Source: Deltaproteobacteria bacterium HGW-Deltaproteobacteria-14
GTDB lineage: Bacteria; Myxococcota_A; UBA9042; PHBI01
Reading direction: 5' to 3'
Length of the DNA stretch: 64,000 bases
Assembly (NCBI GenBank): GCA_002841945.1
Contig: PHBI01000014.1
Location: forward strand, 5,606 to 69,605
Shown here: piece after piece, positions 1 to 9,407 of the stretch
Layout: every line of letters starts with the position of its first letter
Position numbering within the stretch: position 1 is the first letter of the stretch
Notes under the pieces: generated by a model
What the model was told of the DNA's origin: nothing
What the model saw: only the letters and a program-made list of their open reading frames with translations
The model's database searches: none
Position numbers and translations under genes: made by a program

Positions 1-2259
1 GCCGTCGGGCCCGCAGATGTGGGCGCCGCAGTTCGGGACGCACTCGGGCGCGGTCGCGATCAGCGTCGTCGGGCCGGCGAGCTCGTAGCACGCGCCGCCG
101 GCGACCGGGGTGGAGAGGAAGGTCGTCGTGTCGATGCTGACCTCCTCGAGCCCCACGCCGGTCAGCGTGACGCCGAAGTCCTCGCCGCCTGGCGGGGTGG
201 CGGCGTCGACGAGCATCGCGCCGCCGGTCTGGAAGAAGACCGCCGCCGGGCCGGTGGTCTCGTCGTAGTCGGCGTAGAGCACGACGCACTGGGTGCAGGT
301 CTGGTAGTTCGTGTTGTCGCCGGCGCCGAGATCGAACGTGCCCGTGTCGGCCGCGTAGTACTCGATCGAGAGGATGTCGGGCGTGGCGTCCCCGGCGCCG
401 AAGTCGCCGATCACCTGGTAGACGTCGTAGTCGGGGTCCTTGGCGAGGTCCCCGCTGACCGTGATCGGGCCGCAGGTGGGGCCAGCCGCGCCGGTCATCA
501 GCGTCGTCGCGCCGGCGGTCTCGAAGCAGGCGCCGCCGGCGACCGGGGTCGAGGCGTAGGTCGTGGCGTCGATGGTGACCTCCTCGAGGCTCAGGTCGGT
601 CAGGGTCGCGGTGAGGTTGGCGCCGCCCGGCGGGGTCGCCGCGTCCACGGCCAGGGTGCCGCCGCTCTGGAAGAAGGTGGCCGACGGGCCATTGGTCTCG
701 TCGTAGTCGGCGTAGATGAGCACGCACTGGGCGCAGGTCTCGTAGTTCGCGTTGTCGGCGCTGGCGAGGTCGAAGCTGCCGGTGTCGCTGGTGTAGAACT
801 CGAGCGAGAGCAGGTCCGGGGCGGCGCCACCGACGCCGAAGTCCGCGAGGACCTCGTAGATGGGGTCGGTCTGGTACTGCGTGAGCTCGCCAGCCAGGGT
901 CAGCGGGCTGCACTCGGCCGGCGCGCCGGTCGTGAGCGCCGCCGTCCCGCTCATGTCGTAGCAGGCGCCGCCCCCGACCGGGGTCGAGAGGTAGGTCGTC
1001 GCGTCGATGGTGACCTCCTCGAGGCCGAGGTCGGTCAGCGTCAGGCTCATCGCCGCGCCGCCCGGCGGGGTCGCGGCGTCGACCACCAGCGTCCCGCCGG
1101 TCTGGAAGTAGTTCGACGCCGCGCCGGTGGTGGCGTCGATGTCGGCGTAGACCACGACGCACTGGGCGCAGGTCTGGTAGTTGGCGTTGTCCGCGCTGGC
1201 CAGGTCGAAGGTCCCGGCGTCGCTCGTGTAGAACTCGATGGCCATGAGATCGGACAGCGCGCTGTCGCCCGCGAACTCGCCCGCGAGGACGTAGACGGGA
1301 TCGGTCTGGTACTGCTCCAGCGTCCCGGCCACCGTCAGCGGCCCGCACTCGGCGGGGGCGCCGGTGGTCAGGGTCGTCGCGCCGCTCGCCGCGAGGCACG
1401 CCCCGCCGTCGACCGGGGTCGAGGTGTAGGTCCCGTCCGCGATGGTCACCTCGGTGAGGGCCAGGTCGGTGAGGGTCACGCTGAACTCCGCCGAGCCCGG
1501 CGGGGTCGCGGCGGGCACGGTCATGGTGCCGCCGGTCTGGAAGAAGGTCGCCGCGGTGTCGCCCGTCGCGTCGTCGTAGTCGGCGTAGACCAGCACGCAC
1601 TGATCGCAGGTCGCGTAGTTGGCGTTGTTGCCGCTGGCGAGGTCGAAGGTGCCGGCGCCGTCGGCGTAGAACTCGACCGAGAGGACGTCCGGGAGCGCGC
1701 CGTCGCCGACCCCGAAGTCACCGATCACCTGGTAAAGCGCGTAGCCATCGACCTGCTCGAGGTCACCGCTCAGCGCGAGCACACCGCAGGTCGGGCCGGT
1801 CGTGTCGGCGACGGTCGTGTCGGCGACGGTCGTGTCGGTGACGGTCGTGTCGGTGACGGTCGTGTCGGCGACGGTCGTGTCGGTGACGGCCGTGTCGGTG
1901 ACGGCCGTGTCGGTGACGGCCGTGTCGGCGACGGTCGTGTCGGCGACGGTCGTGTCGGCGACGGCCGTATCGGCGACGGCCGTGTCGGTGACGGCCGTGT
2001 CGGTGACGTTGGTGTCCTGGGGGATCACGGTGTCTTGGGGGACGACGGTGTCCTGGGGGACGACGGTGTCCTGCGGGACGACGGTGTCCGGCATCGAGAT
2101 CGTGTCAGAGGGCACCAGGATGTCGGATGACACCACGGTGTCGGCGCCGATGGTGTCGCCGCCGCCGCCGGTGCTGCCGCTGTCCCCACACGCCGTGAGC
2201 CCGAGGCCCGCACCGAGCACGAGCGCGAGCGCGCTCCTCACCATCGCCGAATTACGCAT
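1..2259 (-). CDS. Large lipoprotein with DT-rich stalk and at least 4 tandem ~145-aa Cys-containing repeats (partial, 3' end beyond window)
   Basis: Manually translated from ATG at 2259 (upstream GGGAGG): MRNSAMVRSALALVLGAGLGLTAC-GDSG lipobox, PQDTVV/ADTTV repeats, then four units each with N(A/T)NYxTCxQCV..YAD..FQxGG..STPVxGGAC. The frame stays open to base 1 (ends ..PECVPNCGAHICGPDG). Clear paralogue of 2420..3715. Confidence 0.9.
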   Translation of the reverse strand, partial: MRNSAMVRSALALVLGAGLGLTACGDSGSTGGGGDTIGADTVVSSDILVPSDTISMPDTVVPQDTVVPQDTVVPQDTVIPQDTNVTDTAVTDTAVADTAVADTTVADTTVADTAVTDTAVTDTAVTDTTVADTTVTDTTVTDTTVADTTVADTTGPTCGVLALSGDLEQVDGYALYQVIGDFGVGDGALPDVLSVEFYADGAGTFDLASGNNANYATCDQCVLVYADYDDATGDTAATFFQTGGTMTVPAATPPGSAEFSVTLTDLALTEVTIADGTYTSTPVDGGACLAASGATTLTTGAPAECGPLTVAGTLEQYQTDPVYVLAGEFAGDSALSDLMAIEFYTSDAGTFDLASADNANYQTCAQCVVVYADIDATTGAASNYFQTGGTLVVDAATPPGGAAMSLTLTDLGLEEVTIDATTYLSTPVGGGACYDMSGTAALTTGAPAECSPLTLAGELTQYQTDPIYEVLADFGVGGAAPDLLSLEFYTSDTGSFDLASADNANYETCAQCVLIYADYDETNGPSATFFQSGGTLAVDAATPPGGANLTATLTDLSLEEVTIDATTYASTPVAGGACFETAGATTLMTGAAGPTCGPITVSGDLAKDPDYDVYQVIGDFGAGDATPDILSIEYYAADTGTFDLGAGDNTNYQTCTQCVVLYADYDETTGPAAVFFQTGGAMLVDAATPPGGEDFGVTLTGVGLEEVSIDTTTFLSTPVAGGACYELAGPTTLIATAPECVPNCGAHICGPDG
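1799..2089. repeat. Intragenic tandem repeats: 15-bp units (GTCGTGTCGGCGACG-like) then 18-bp units (GGTGTCCTGGGGGACGAC-like)
   Basis: Directly visible; on the minus strand they encode (A/T)DT(T/A)V pentapeptides and PQDTVV hexapeptides. Confidence 0.9.
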
Positions 2260-2419
2260 CGTTCGCCTCCCGTCGCGGTTCGCGACCGAAGCAAGCTAAC
2301 AAGCCGACGCATCCGGCTGAAGCACTTTCTGTGCGCCGCGACGTCGCACCCCAAACGACGACGCGGGAGGTGGTCGCCCACCCCCCGCGTCGCGGTTTCA
2401 AGTCACGCTACAGCAGAGG

Positions 2420-3715
2420 CTACAGCGGAGCGGCCTCGAGGTCCGAGGTCACGGTGACGTCGATGCACGCCCCGCCCACGACCGGAGTCGAGACGAAGGT
2501 GCTGGCGTCGATGGTGACCTCGACGAGGTGAAGCCCCGTGAACCCGGCCTTGATGACGCCGTTGTCGACGTCCGAGGTCGCGTCGAGGGTCATCGTCCCG
2601 GCGCTCTGGTAGAAGATGCGCGGGGTGTCGTTGTCGCCGTCGACGTACATCAGCACGCACTGCTCGCAGGTCTCGTAGTTGGCGTTGGTCGCCGAGGCCA
2701 GGTCGATGGTGCCAGCGGAGGCGGCGTAGAACTCGATCTGGAAGACGTCCATGAAGTCGACCGCGCCGAGCTCGAGCGCCGAGGCGTCGTAGTAGAAGAA
2801 GCCCGAGTCGGCCCCGAGCACGGCCCCGCCGAGAGTGAACTGGTAGCAGGTCGGCGTGGCCTCGCAGACCGAGCCGTCGAGGTTGCAGGTGCCGCCCCCG
2901 ACGCAGTTGTCGCCGCAGACGCCGCCGCAGCCGTCGGCGCCGCAGATGTGGTCGCCGCAGTTGGGGACGCAAACCGGGGCCGCCGGGGTCGAGTGGGTCG
3001 TCGCGCCGGACTGCGCGAAGCACGCGCCGCCAGGGACCGGGGTCGAGACGTACGTGCTGCCGTCGACGGTGACCTCCTCGAAGGACACGTCGGTCAGCGT
3101 GACGCTGAAGTCGGCGTCGCCGGGCGTCTGGCCCGCGCCGGTCGTCAGGGTGCCGCCGGTCTGGAAGAAGGTCGCGCCGCTGTCGGACTCGTAGTCGGCG
3201 TAGACGAGCACGCACTGCGAGCAGGTCTCGTAGTTGGCGTTGTCCCCGGTGCCGAGCTCGAAGCTGCCGACGTCGGTCGCGTAGAACTCGATGGAGAGGA
3301 CGTCGTTCATCGTCGCGTCGCCGAAGCCGAAGTTCCCCTCGAGCTCGTAGGCCGGGTAGTCCTCGTACTGCTGGAGCTCGCCGGTCAGGGTCAGCGCGCC
3401 GCAGGTCGGAGCGGTGGTGTCGGTGGTGGTCGACGTGTCGGTGGTGGTCGACGTGTCGGTGGTGGTCGACGTGTCGGTGGTGGTCGACGTGTCGGTCGAC
3501 GTGTCGGTGGTGGTCGACGTGTCGGTGGTGGTCGACGTGTCGGTGGTGGTCGACGTGTCGGTGGTGGTGGTCGTGTCGGTGGTGGTCGTCGTGTCCGACG
3601 TCACCGTGGTGTCGCCCCCGATCACGTCGCTGCCGCTGCTACCGCTGTCGCCACAAGCCCCAAAACCAAGGCCGAGCGCTACCACGAGCGCCGCCGTCGT
3701 CATCTGAATCCGCAT
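2420..3715 (-). CDS. Lipoprotein, 431 aa, DTSTTT stalk plus two ~145-aa repeats; tandem paralogue of the preceding gene
   Basis: Lipobox LGFGAC-GDSG; two NANYETCxQCV units separated by a CVPNCGDHICGADGCGGVCG Cys-rich spacer. Confidence 0.9.
   Translation of the reverse strand: MRIQMTTAALVVALGLGFGACGDSGSSGSDVIGGDTTVTSDTTTTTDTTTTTDTSTTTDTSTTTDTSTTTDTSTDTSTTTDTSTTTDTSTTTDTSTTTDTTAPTCGALTLTGELQQYEDYPAYELEGNFGFGDATMNDVLSIEFYATDVGSFELGTGDNANYETCSQCVLVYADYESDSGATFFQTGGTLTTGAGQTPGDADFSVTLTDVSFEEVTVDGSTYVSTPVPGGACFAQSGATTHSTPAAPVCVPNCGDHICGADGCGGVCGDNCVGGGTCNLDGSVCEATPTCYQFTLGGAVLGADSGFFYYDASALELGAVDFMDVFQIEFYAASAGTIDLASATNANYETCEQCVLMYVDGDNDTPRIFYQSAGTMTLDATSDVDNGVIKAGFTGLHLVEVTIDASTFVSTPVVGGACIDVTVTSDLEAAPL
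3410..3600. repeat. Intragenic 18-bp tandem repeat (GTCGGTGGTGGTCGACGT) encoding DTSTTT
   Basis: Roughly ten visible units, one of them shortened (DTST). Confidence 0.9.
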
Positions 3716-3785
3716 CTGCTATCCCCTCGCTCTAGTCCGCGAAAGCGCGGACGCTATCAAACTTGCGGGGGGCGCAATAGGACTT

Positions 3786-6700
3786 TCATGTTTCCGAACG
3801 ACGTCGTGTCCGCCACCGCATAGCGAGCAGCGCGGCCAGCAGGAGCAGCGCTCCCCAAGGCGCGCCGCCGGGTCCGCCGGCGCAGCCACCGCAGCCGGTG
3901 TCGCCGCCGCCGTCGAACTGCTGTGGACCGCCGGCGCCCCCGAGGTCGAGGATCGCGCCGTCCGGCAGCACGACGATGACGTCGTCGCCCTCCGCCACGT
4001 CCGCCGTCGCCTCGTCCACCGGCCCGACCTCCTCGACGACCTCCGCCTCGGCCCCGGTCGGCGGCAGCGCCGAGCAGTCGCCCGCGACCGCGAGGCACAC
4101 TGCGGCCCCCTCGTCTGATGCGGCGCACACGTCGCCCTCAAAGGTGCAAGTGCCCTCCATCGAACACTCTTCGAGGCAGCGGAGGCCTGCGGCTGTTGCG
4201 ATGCACAGCGACCCGTCGCGGCACCCCGCGTCCCCGCTGCACGGGACGCAGCGCGTGACCTTGCACACGCCGCCCTCGCAGGCCGTGCCGTCGGGGCAGC
4301 TGAGGATCTCGTTGGCGCAAGCCCCGTCGACCCCGCACCCGTCCACGGTGCACGGGTCGCCGTCGTCGCAGTCGGGCGCCACGCCGACACACGCGCCGCC
4401 CGCGCACGCGTCGTCGAGGGTGCACGGGTCACCGTCGTCGCAGACCACGCCGTCCGCGACCGGGGTCGCCGCGCACGCGCCCGCGTCGTCGCAGGCGTCC
4501 ACCGTACACGGGTTGCCGTCGTCGCACGCGACCGCGGCGCCGCCGCAGACCCCTTCCGCGTCGCACGCGTCGCCGCTGGTACACGGATCGCCGTCGTCGC
4601 ACGGCGCCCCCGCCGCGACCGGGGTGTAGGCGCACCCGTTGGCCACCGAGCAGCTGTCGATGGTGCACGGGTCGTCGTCGTCGCAGACGAGCCCCTGCCC
4701 GACGCACGCCCCGGACGCGCAGGCGTCGCCGCTGGTGCACGGGCTGCCGTCGTCGCACGGCGTCCCGTCGCCCGCGGGGGCGGTGACGCAGCCGTCGACC
4801 GCGTCGCAGGCGTCGACGGTGCAGGGGTTGAGGTCGTCGCACGCGATCGCCGCGCCGCCGACACAGGTGCCGCCGAGGCAGGCGTCCCCCGCCGTGCAGG
4901 CGTCGCCGTCATCGCACCCCACCGCGCCGGCCTCCGGCGGGTGGAAGCACCCGGTCGCGACGTCGCAGTGGTCCGCCGTACACGGGTTCGCGTCGTCGCA
5001 GTCGCGCTCGGCGCCAACGCACAGAATACCGCTGCAGGCGTCGTTCACGGTGCAGACGTCGCCGTCGTCGCAGGCGCTCCCGGCGTCGCGGGGCGCGAAC
5101 AGGCAGCCGCTCGCCGGGTCGCACGCGTCCGTCGTGCAGTCGTTGGCGTCGTCGCACAGCTGCGCCATCCCCGCGCACACCCCACCCTCGCAGCGGTCGG
5201 ACAGGGTGCAGGCGTCGCCGTCGTCGCAGGCGGAGCCGGGCGCCGCGGGGGTCGCCGTGCAGCCCTGCGAGGCGAGGCACGCGTCCACCGTGCACGGGTC
5301 GTCGTCGTCGCAGCTGATCGGGTTGCCGCCGCACACGCCCTCGACGCAGCGGTCGTCGGCGGTGCAGAGGTCGCCGTCGTCGCAGCTCGTGTCCGAGCCG
5401 AGCGCCGTGTGGACGCAGCCCCCGTCCGGGTCGCACGCGTCCGCAGTGCACACATCGCCATCATCGCAGGAAATAGCGGTCCCGGCGCAGGTCCCAGCTG
5501 CGTCGCACACGTCGCCGACCGTGCACGCGTCCGTGTCGTCGCACGCGGTGCCGGCCGGGCGCGGGAGCGCGAAGCAGCCGGTGAAGGAGTTGCACGACGC
5601 CCGGTGACACGCGTCGAGGGAGAGCTCCGAGCAGGTCCGCGCGGCGCCCTTGCACGCGCCGTTGGCCTGGCAGACGTCGTCGATGGAGCAGGCGTTGTGG
5701 TCGTCGCAGGCCGTGCCCACCGGGGCGAGCGCGTGGGTGCAGGCGCCGGCCGTCCCACAGCTGTCGATGGTGCAGGGGTCGCCGTCGTCGCAGCTCGGCC
5801 CGACGCCGGCGCAGACCCCCGCCGTGCAGTGGTCGCCGGTGGTGCACGGGTTGCCGTCGTCGCAGGCGACGGTGTCGGCGACGGGCGCGTTGACGCAGTC
5901 GCCGGTCGCGGGGTCGCAGGCGTCCGCGGTGCACGGGTTGGCGTCCACGCAGCGCGCCAGGTCGAGGCACTCGCAGGCGTCGCCGAGGCCGTCGCCGTCG
6001 CTGTCGAGCTGGTCGGTGTTGGGGGTGCCGGGGCAGTTGTCGGCGCCGCCGCAGATGCGGTCGAGGTCCGGGTCGCCGCCGCTGCCGGCGACGCACGGCG
6101 CCGGGCCGACGCTGATGGCGCCGGCGGCGAGCGCGGTGAAGGTGAACGCGCCCGCGCTGGCGGTGAAGTGGGCGCCGTCGAGGGGGGCGCCGTTCTGGAC
6201 GGCCTCGTAGACCTCGGTCGGGTCGAGGCCCAGCCCCGCCAGGGTGAGGTTGGCTCCCGGGCCGCGGTCCGCCGAGACCTGGAGGAGGAAGCCGTCGCCG
6301 TCCACCGTCAGCCCCAGCGTGACCGGGGCGCTCGCGGCCAGCCGCGGGGTGTTGCCGAGCGAGACGGCGCGGGCGGAGACGACGGCGAGCGCGCCGAGGG
6401 CGCCGCCCTCGGTGCGGACCAGGGTTGCGACGCCGTCGGTGGCGACGCCACCGGCGGTCACGGTGGCGGCGCCGGGCGTGCGCCCGGTGCCCGGGTCGGG
6501 CGGGCCTGGCAGCGGCTGGAACACCGACACCAGGGAGGCCTGCTGGGCGGAGGTGCCGACGAAGACGCCCTCGATGGCCTCCTCGGAGCCCCAGGCGTCG
6601 GCGTAGCGCGTGTCGTTCTTCTGCAGCGACAGGGTGCCGCTCCCGGCGACGTCGAGGCGCAGGCGCTCGCCTCCGTAGGTCCACCGCTCGCGGACCTGGG

Positions 6701-8375
6701 TGGCGGTGCTGCCGAGGTCGGTCCGGGGGCCGCGGCCGCGCCAGGCGGCCTCGAAGGAGCGGGCGCTGTCGCTGTTGGACTGGAAGCGGTCGAAGACGGC
6801 GACGTAGTCGAGGTCGATGAGCGCCAGGGTGCGCCGCACCAGGCTCGCGCCGTCGTACGCGGAGACGCTGGTGGATACGAGGTCGGCGAAGTGGTTGGGG
6901 CGCTTGGTGGTGTCGGCGCTGTCGAGGCGGTCGCCGAAGCTGACCGCGGTCGCGTCGGTGACGAACGGGGCGCTGCGGCCGACGAGGGGCAGGTTGCGCT
7001 CGCGGGGGTCGAGGTAGTCGGAGCGGTGCTCCGAGGTCGTGACCGTGGGGCCGCCGCCCGAGGTCGGCAGGAGCAGGGTCCCGCGGGCGTGGAGCACGAC
7101 GTCGAGGGGGTTCTGGAAGTTGTGGCCGCTCGTGAAGGCGAAGTTGAAGCGATCGCGGGCGGTGATGGTGGAGACCGACAGGGCGTCGGCGCCGTGGCCG
7201 CTGGCGAGCACCGCGATGAAGGCGTCGGAGCCGACGGTGCGCGTCGGCGAGCTGGTCGGCGCGGCGGGGGCGGTCGTGATGTCGGCGACGATGAAGCGCG
7301 TGACGCTGTGGATCTGCTGGTTGTCGAAGTTCTCGGCGTTCTGGGGGCTCGCGCTCCAGGCCCACTTCAGCGTCGCCGCGAGGTCGGGGTAGGCGGTGGC
7401 CAGGACGTCGTAGGGGAAGGTGTTGGGCAGGCCCTCCTCGAAGGGCGGCGCGCGGCCGTCCGGCTGGCGCACGACGAGCGCCGTCGCGACCAGCGGGCGC
7501 AGGGCGGACCACCAGCTGACGCCCATGGCGTTCTTCACGTGGTAGGCGGTCGGGACCAGGTTCGCGAGCGAGTAGTTGAGGTACCACGGGCTCTCGAAGA
7601 ACCACCCGGTGGTGCTGGCGACGGCGTCGAGGGACTCGTTGAGGAAGGTCATGCCGGCGGCCTTCCAGCTCGCGGCGTCCCCGTGGGTCGGCATCGCGAG
7701 CGCGGCGGTGACGAGGGCGGCGCCGCCCTTGATGCCCCAGTTGTCGCGGTGGGCCCCGATGACGTTGTAGGCGCCGGTCAGGTTCCAGTCGTCGCGCAGG
7801 GCGTTGGCCCAGTTGGCGACGATGTTGCGCAGGGCGCTGTCGTGGCCCGAGGAGATGCCGCTGCCGCGCAGCAGATCGTAGGCCTCGGCCATCGACTGCA
7901 GGCGCGAGCTGTCCTGGAGGACGTTGATGGCGTCGTCGGGCGGGTTGAACCACTCGCTGACGGTGTTGACGGCGACCCGGGTGTGGACGCCGGCGAGGGC
8001 GACGCGGGCGGCGTCGCGGTAGCTCGCGTAGCCGGCGCCGGTCGGCGGCGTCGCGCCGAGCTGGTAGAGGAGCGCCGCGGCCTTGGCGAGCTTCGAGCGG
8101 GTGTCGTCGGTGGCGCTGCCGTTGGCGATCGAGGCCAGGCGTGAGTCGACGTACTCCTTGAAGCTCGCGTAGTAGCCGCTGGTCGCCGGGTTGGTGATCC
8201 GCGCCTTGAGGGCGACGACCGCGGTGGCGTTGGTGCCGTCGAACCAGAGCCGCGGCTTCGTCGGCGCTTGCGGCAGGTCGCCGAGGCCCGGGACCTGGAT
8301 GCCCGCTCGCGCGGACGGCGCGAGCGGCGCGGCGAGTACGGCCAAGGACAACGTCAGTAGGGTGATCGTGCGCAT
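3786..8375 (-). CDS. Secreted 1529-aa protein: heparinase II/III-like polysaccharide-lyase region, TSP3-like Ca-binding repeat, ~20 CDDGxPCTxDxC repeats, MYXO-CTERM-like anchor
   Basis: Signal peptide (..PSARA). Alpha-helical region with GWFFESPWYLNYS followed by a beta-rich region. DPDLDRICGGADNCPGTPNTDQLDSDGDGLGDAC motif. C-terminus GCGGC-linker-TM helix-RWRTRRR. Confidence 0.8.
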   Translation of the reverse strand: MRTITLLTLSLAVLAAPLAPSARAGIQVPGLGDLPQAPTKPRLWFDGTNATAVVALKARITNPATSGYYASFKEYVDSRLASIANGSATDDTRSKLAKAAALLYQLGATPPTGAGYASYRDAARVALAGVHTRVAVNTVSEWFNPPDDAINVLQDSSRLQSMAEAYDLLRGSGISSGHDSALRNIVANWANALRDDWNLTGAYNVIGAHRDNWGIKGGAALVTAALAMPTHGDAASWKAAGMTFLNESLDAVASTTGWFFESPWYLNYSLANLVPTAYHVKNAMGVSWWSALRPLVATALVVRQPDGRAPPFEEGLPNTFPYDVLATAYPDLAATLKWAWSASPQNAENFDNQQIHSVTRFIVADITTAPAAPTSSPTRTVGSDAFIAVLASGHGADALSVSTITARDRFNFAFTSGHNFQNPLDVVLHARGTLLLPTSGGGPTVTTSEHRSDYLDPRERNLPLVGRSAPFVTDATAVSFGDRLDSADTTKRPNHFADLVSTSVSAYDGASLVRRTLALIDLDYVAVFDRFQSNSDSARSFEAAWRGRGPRTDLGSTATQVRERWTYGGERLRLDVAGSGTLSLQKNDTRYADAWGSEEAIEGVFVGTSAQQASLVSVFQPLPGPPDPGTGRTPGAATVTAGGVATDGVATLVRTEGGALGALAVVSARAVSLGNTPRLAASAPVTLGLTVDGDGFLLQVSADRGPGANLTLAGLGLDPTEVYEAVQNGAPLDGAHFTASAGAFTFTALAAGAISVGPAPCVAGSGGDPDLDRICGGADNCPGTPNTDQLDSDGDGLGDACECLDLARCVDANPCTADACDPATGDCVNAPVADTVACDDGNPCTTGDHCTAGVCAGVGPSCDDGDPCTIDSCGTAGACTHALAPVGTACDDHNACSIDDVCQANGACKGAARTCSELSLDACHRASCNSFTGCFALPRPAGTACDDTDACTVGDVCDAAGTCAGTAISCDDGDVCTADACDPDGGCVHTALGSDTSCDDGDLCTADDRCVEGVCGGNPISCDDDDPCTVDACLASQGCTATPAAPGSACDDGDACTLSDRCEGGVCAGMAQLCDDANDCTTDACDPASGCLFAPRDAGSACDDGDVCTVNDACSGILCVGAERDCDDANPCTADHCDVATGCFHPPEAGAVGCDDGDACTAGDACLGGTCVGGAAIACDDLNPCTVDACDAVDGCVTAPAGDGTPCDDGSPCTSGDACASGACVGQGLVCDDDDPCTIDSCSVANGCAYTPVAAGAPCDDGDPCTSGDACDAEGVCGGAAVACDDGNPCTVDACDDAGACAATPVADGVVCDDGDPCTLDDACAGGACVGVAPDCDDGDPCTVDGCGVDGACANEILSCPDGTACEGGVCKVTRCVPCSGDAGCRDGSLCIATAAGLRCLEECSMEGTCTFEGDVCAASDEGAAVCLAVAGDCSALPPTGAEAEVVEEVGPVDEATADVAEGDDVIVVLPDGAILDLGGAGGPQQFDGGGDTGCGGCAGGPGGAPWGALLLLAALLAMRWRTRRRSET

Positions 8376-8478
8376 CTGGGCGCCTCCCGTCCGGCATACA
8401 GTGGGCCGGCGACGGCTGTCAGGTCAATATGGGGCAGGGAACGCGCGGGTCGCGGGCCGTCGAGCGCGCGCGACGCCG

Positions 8479-9243
8479 TCAGAACTCGCCGACGATGGAC
8501 ACCTCGCGGAGGATGGCGGCGCGCAGCTTGGCGATGACGCGCATGACGTCGACGAGGGCCCAGACGCCGAGCCCGCCGGCGACCAGGCCGAGGACGCCGA
8601 TGAGCCCTATGGCGGCGCGGACGCCGTCGGGGCCGGTGCCGGCGAGGCCGCTGGCGACCAGGACCAGGGTCAGGCCGAGCCCGAGGACGATGAGGCTCAC
8701 CACGAAGGTCCGGCGGGCGAGGGCGGCGATCTCGGGGCGGCCGACGTGGGTCGCCGCCCGCGCCAGCGAGAGCAGGAAGGAGGCGACGGCGACGGCCAGG
8801 GCGAGGGTCGAGACGACGCCGAGCGCGAACCGGAAGGTAGACACGTGCTGGGCCGCCGCGGGGTCGCCGAGGTCGGGCGCGCTCAGGGCGAAGGCGAGCA
8901 CGGACAGCGCCATGTAGGCGACGGTCAGCCACAGCGAGGTCGCCGCGAGGCCGCGCGCGCGGGTGAGCGCGGGGAGCCGGCGCCAGCCGTCGAGCCCGGG
9001 GACCATGACGCCGAGCACCACGAGGTAGCCGAGGAAGCTGAAGATCTGGAGCGAGGCGTTGAAGTCCGCGGCCGCCTCGGCGCCCTCGGTGGCGATCATC
9101 GACACGCCGACGATCGTCACCACCACCGCGGCGCCGATGAAGATGCAGAACGCCACCATCGCGCGAAAGCACCACCGGAGCCCGCGCTCGGCGTCACGCC
9201 AGCCGGGGTCAGCGCCCCATCCGCCGTCCTCCGAAGCTGTCAT
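8479..9243 (-). CDS. Hypothetical polytopic membrane protein (~6 TM)
   Basis: Alternating long hydrophobic segments; purine-rich RBS upstream; GC3-biased codons. Confidence 0.75.
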   Translation of the reverse strand: MTASEDGGWGADPGWRDAERGLRWCFRAMVAFCIFIGAAVVVTIVGVSMIATEGAEAAADFNASLQIFSFLGYLVVLGVMVPGLDGWRRLPALTRARGLAATSLWLTVAYMALSVLAFALSAPDLGDPAAAQHVSTFRFALGVVSTLALAVAVASFLLSLARAATHVGRPEIAALARRTFVVSLIVLGLGLTLVLVASGLAGTGPDGVRAAIGLIGVLGLVAGGLGVWALVDVMRVIAKLRAAILREVSIVGEF

Positions 9244-9407
9244 GCCCCCCCTCGCGTGGGTCGAACGTCACCCGCGCCGCACTATCGAGGCAACGGACCC
9301 GGTTGTCCATGGCCATGATAGGGGGCTTGTGGTCAGAGCTCGTGACGTCTTGCCGAAGCTGGACCCAGCTCCCATCGTAGTCGGTCGAGGACCTGCCGTC
9401 GCTTGGC

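Noticed and set aside
2291-2306. Sigma54-like site upstream of the first lipoprotein (minus strand CGGCTTGTTAGCTTGC)
   Set aside because: GG to GC spacing is 11, not the obligatory 10, and the -24 element is poor.
3410-3600. Regular short repeats resembling a CRISPR array (also 1799-2089, 22598-22709, 48839-48896)
   Set aside because: Units are contiguous or only two copies, lack unique ~30-40-bp spacers, lie in frame within CDSs in two cases, and no cas genes are present.
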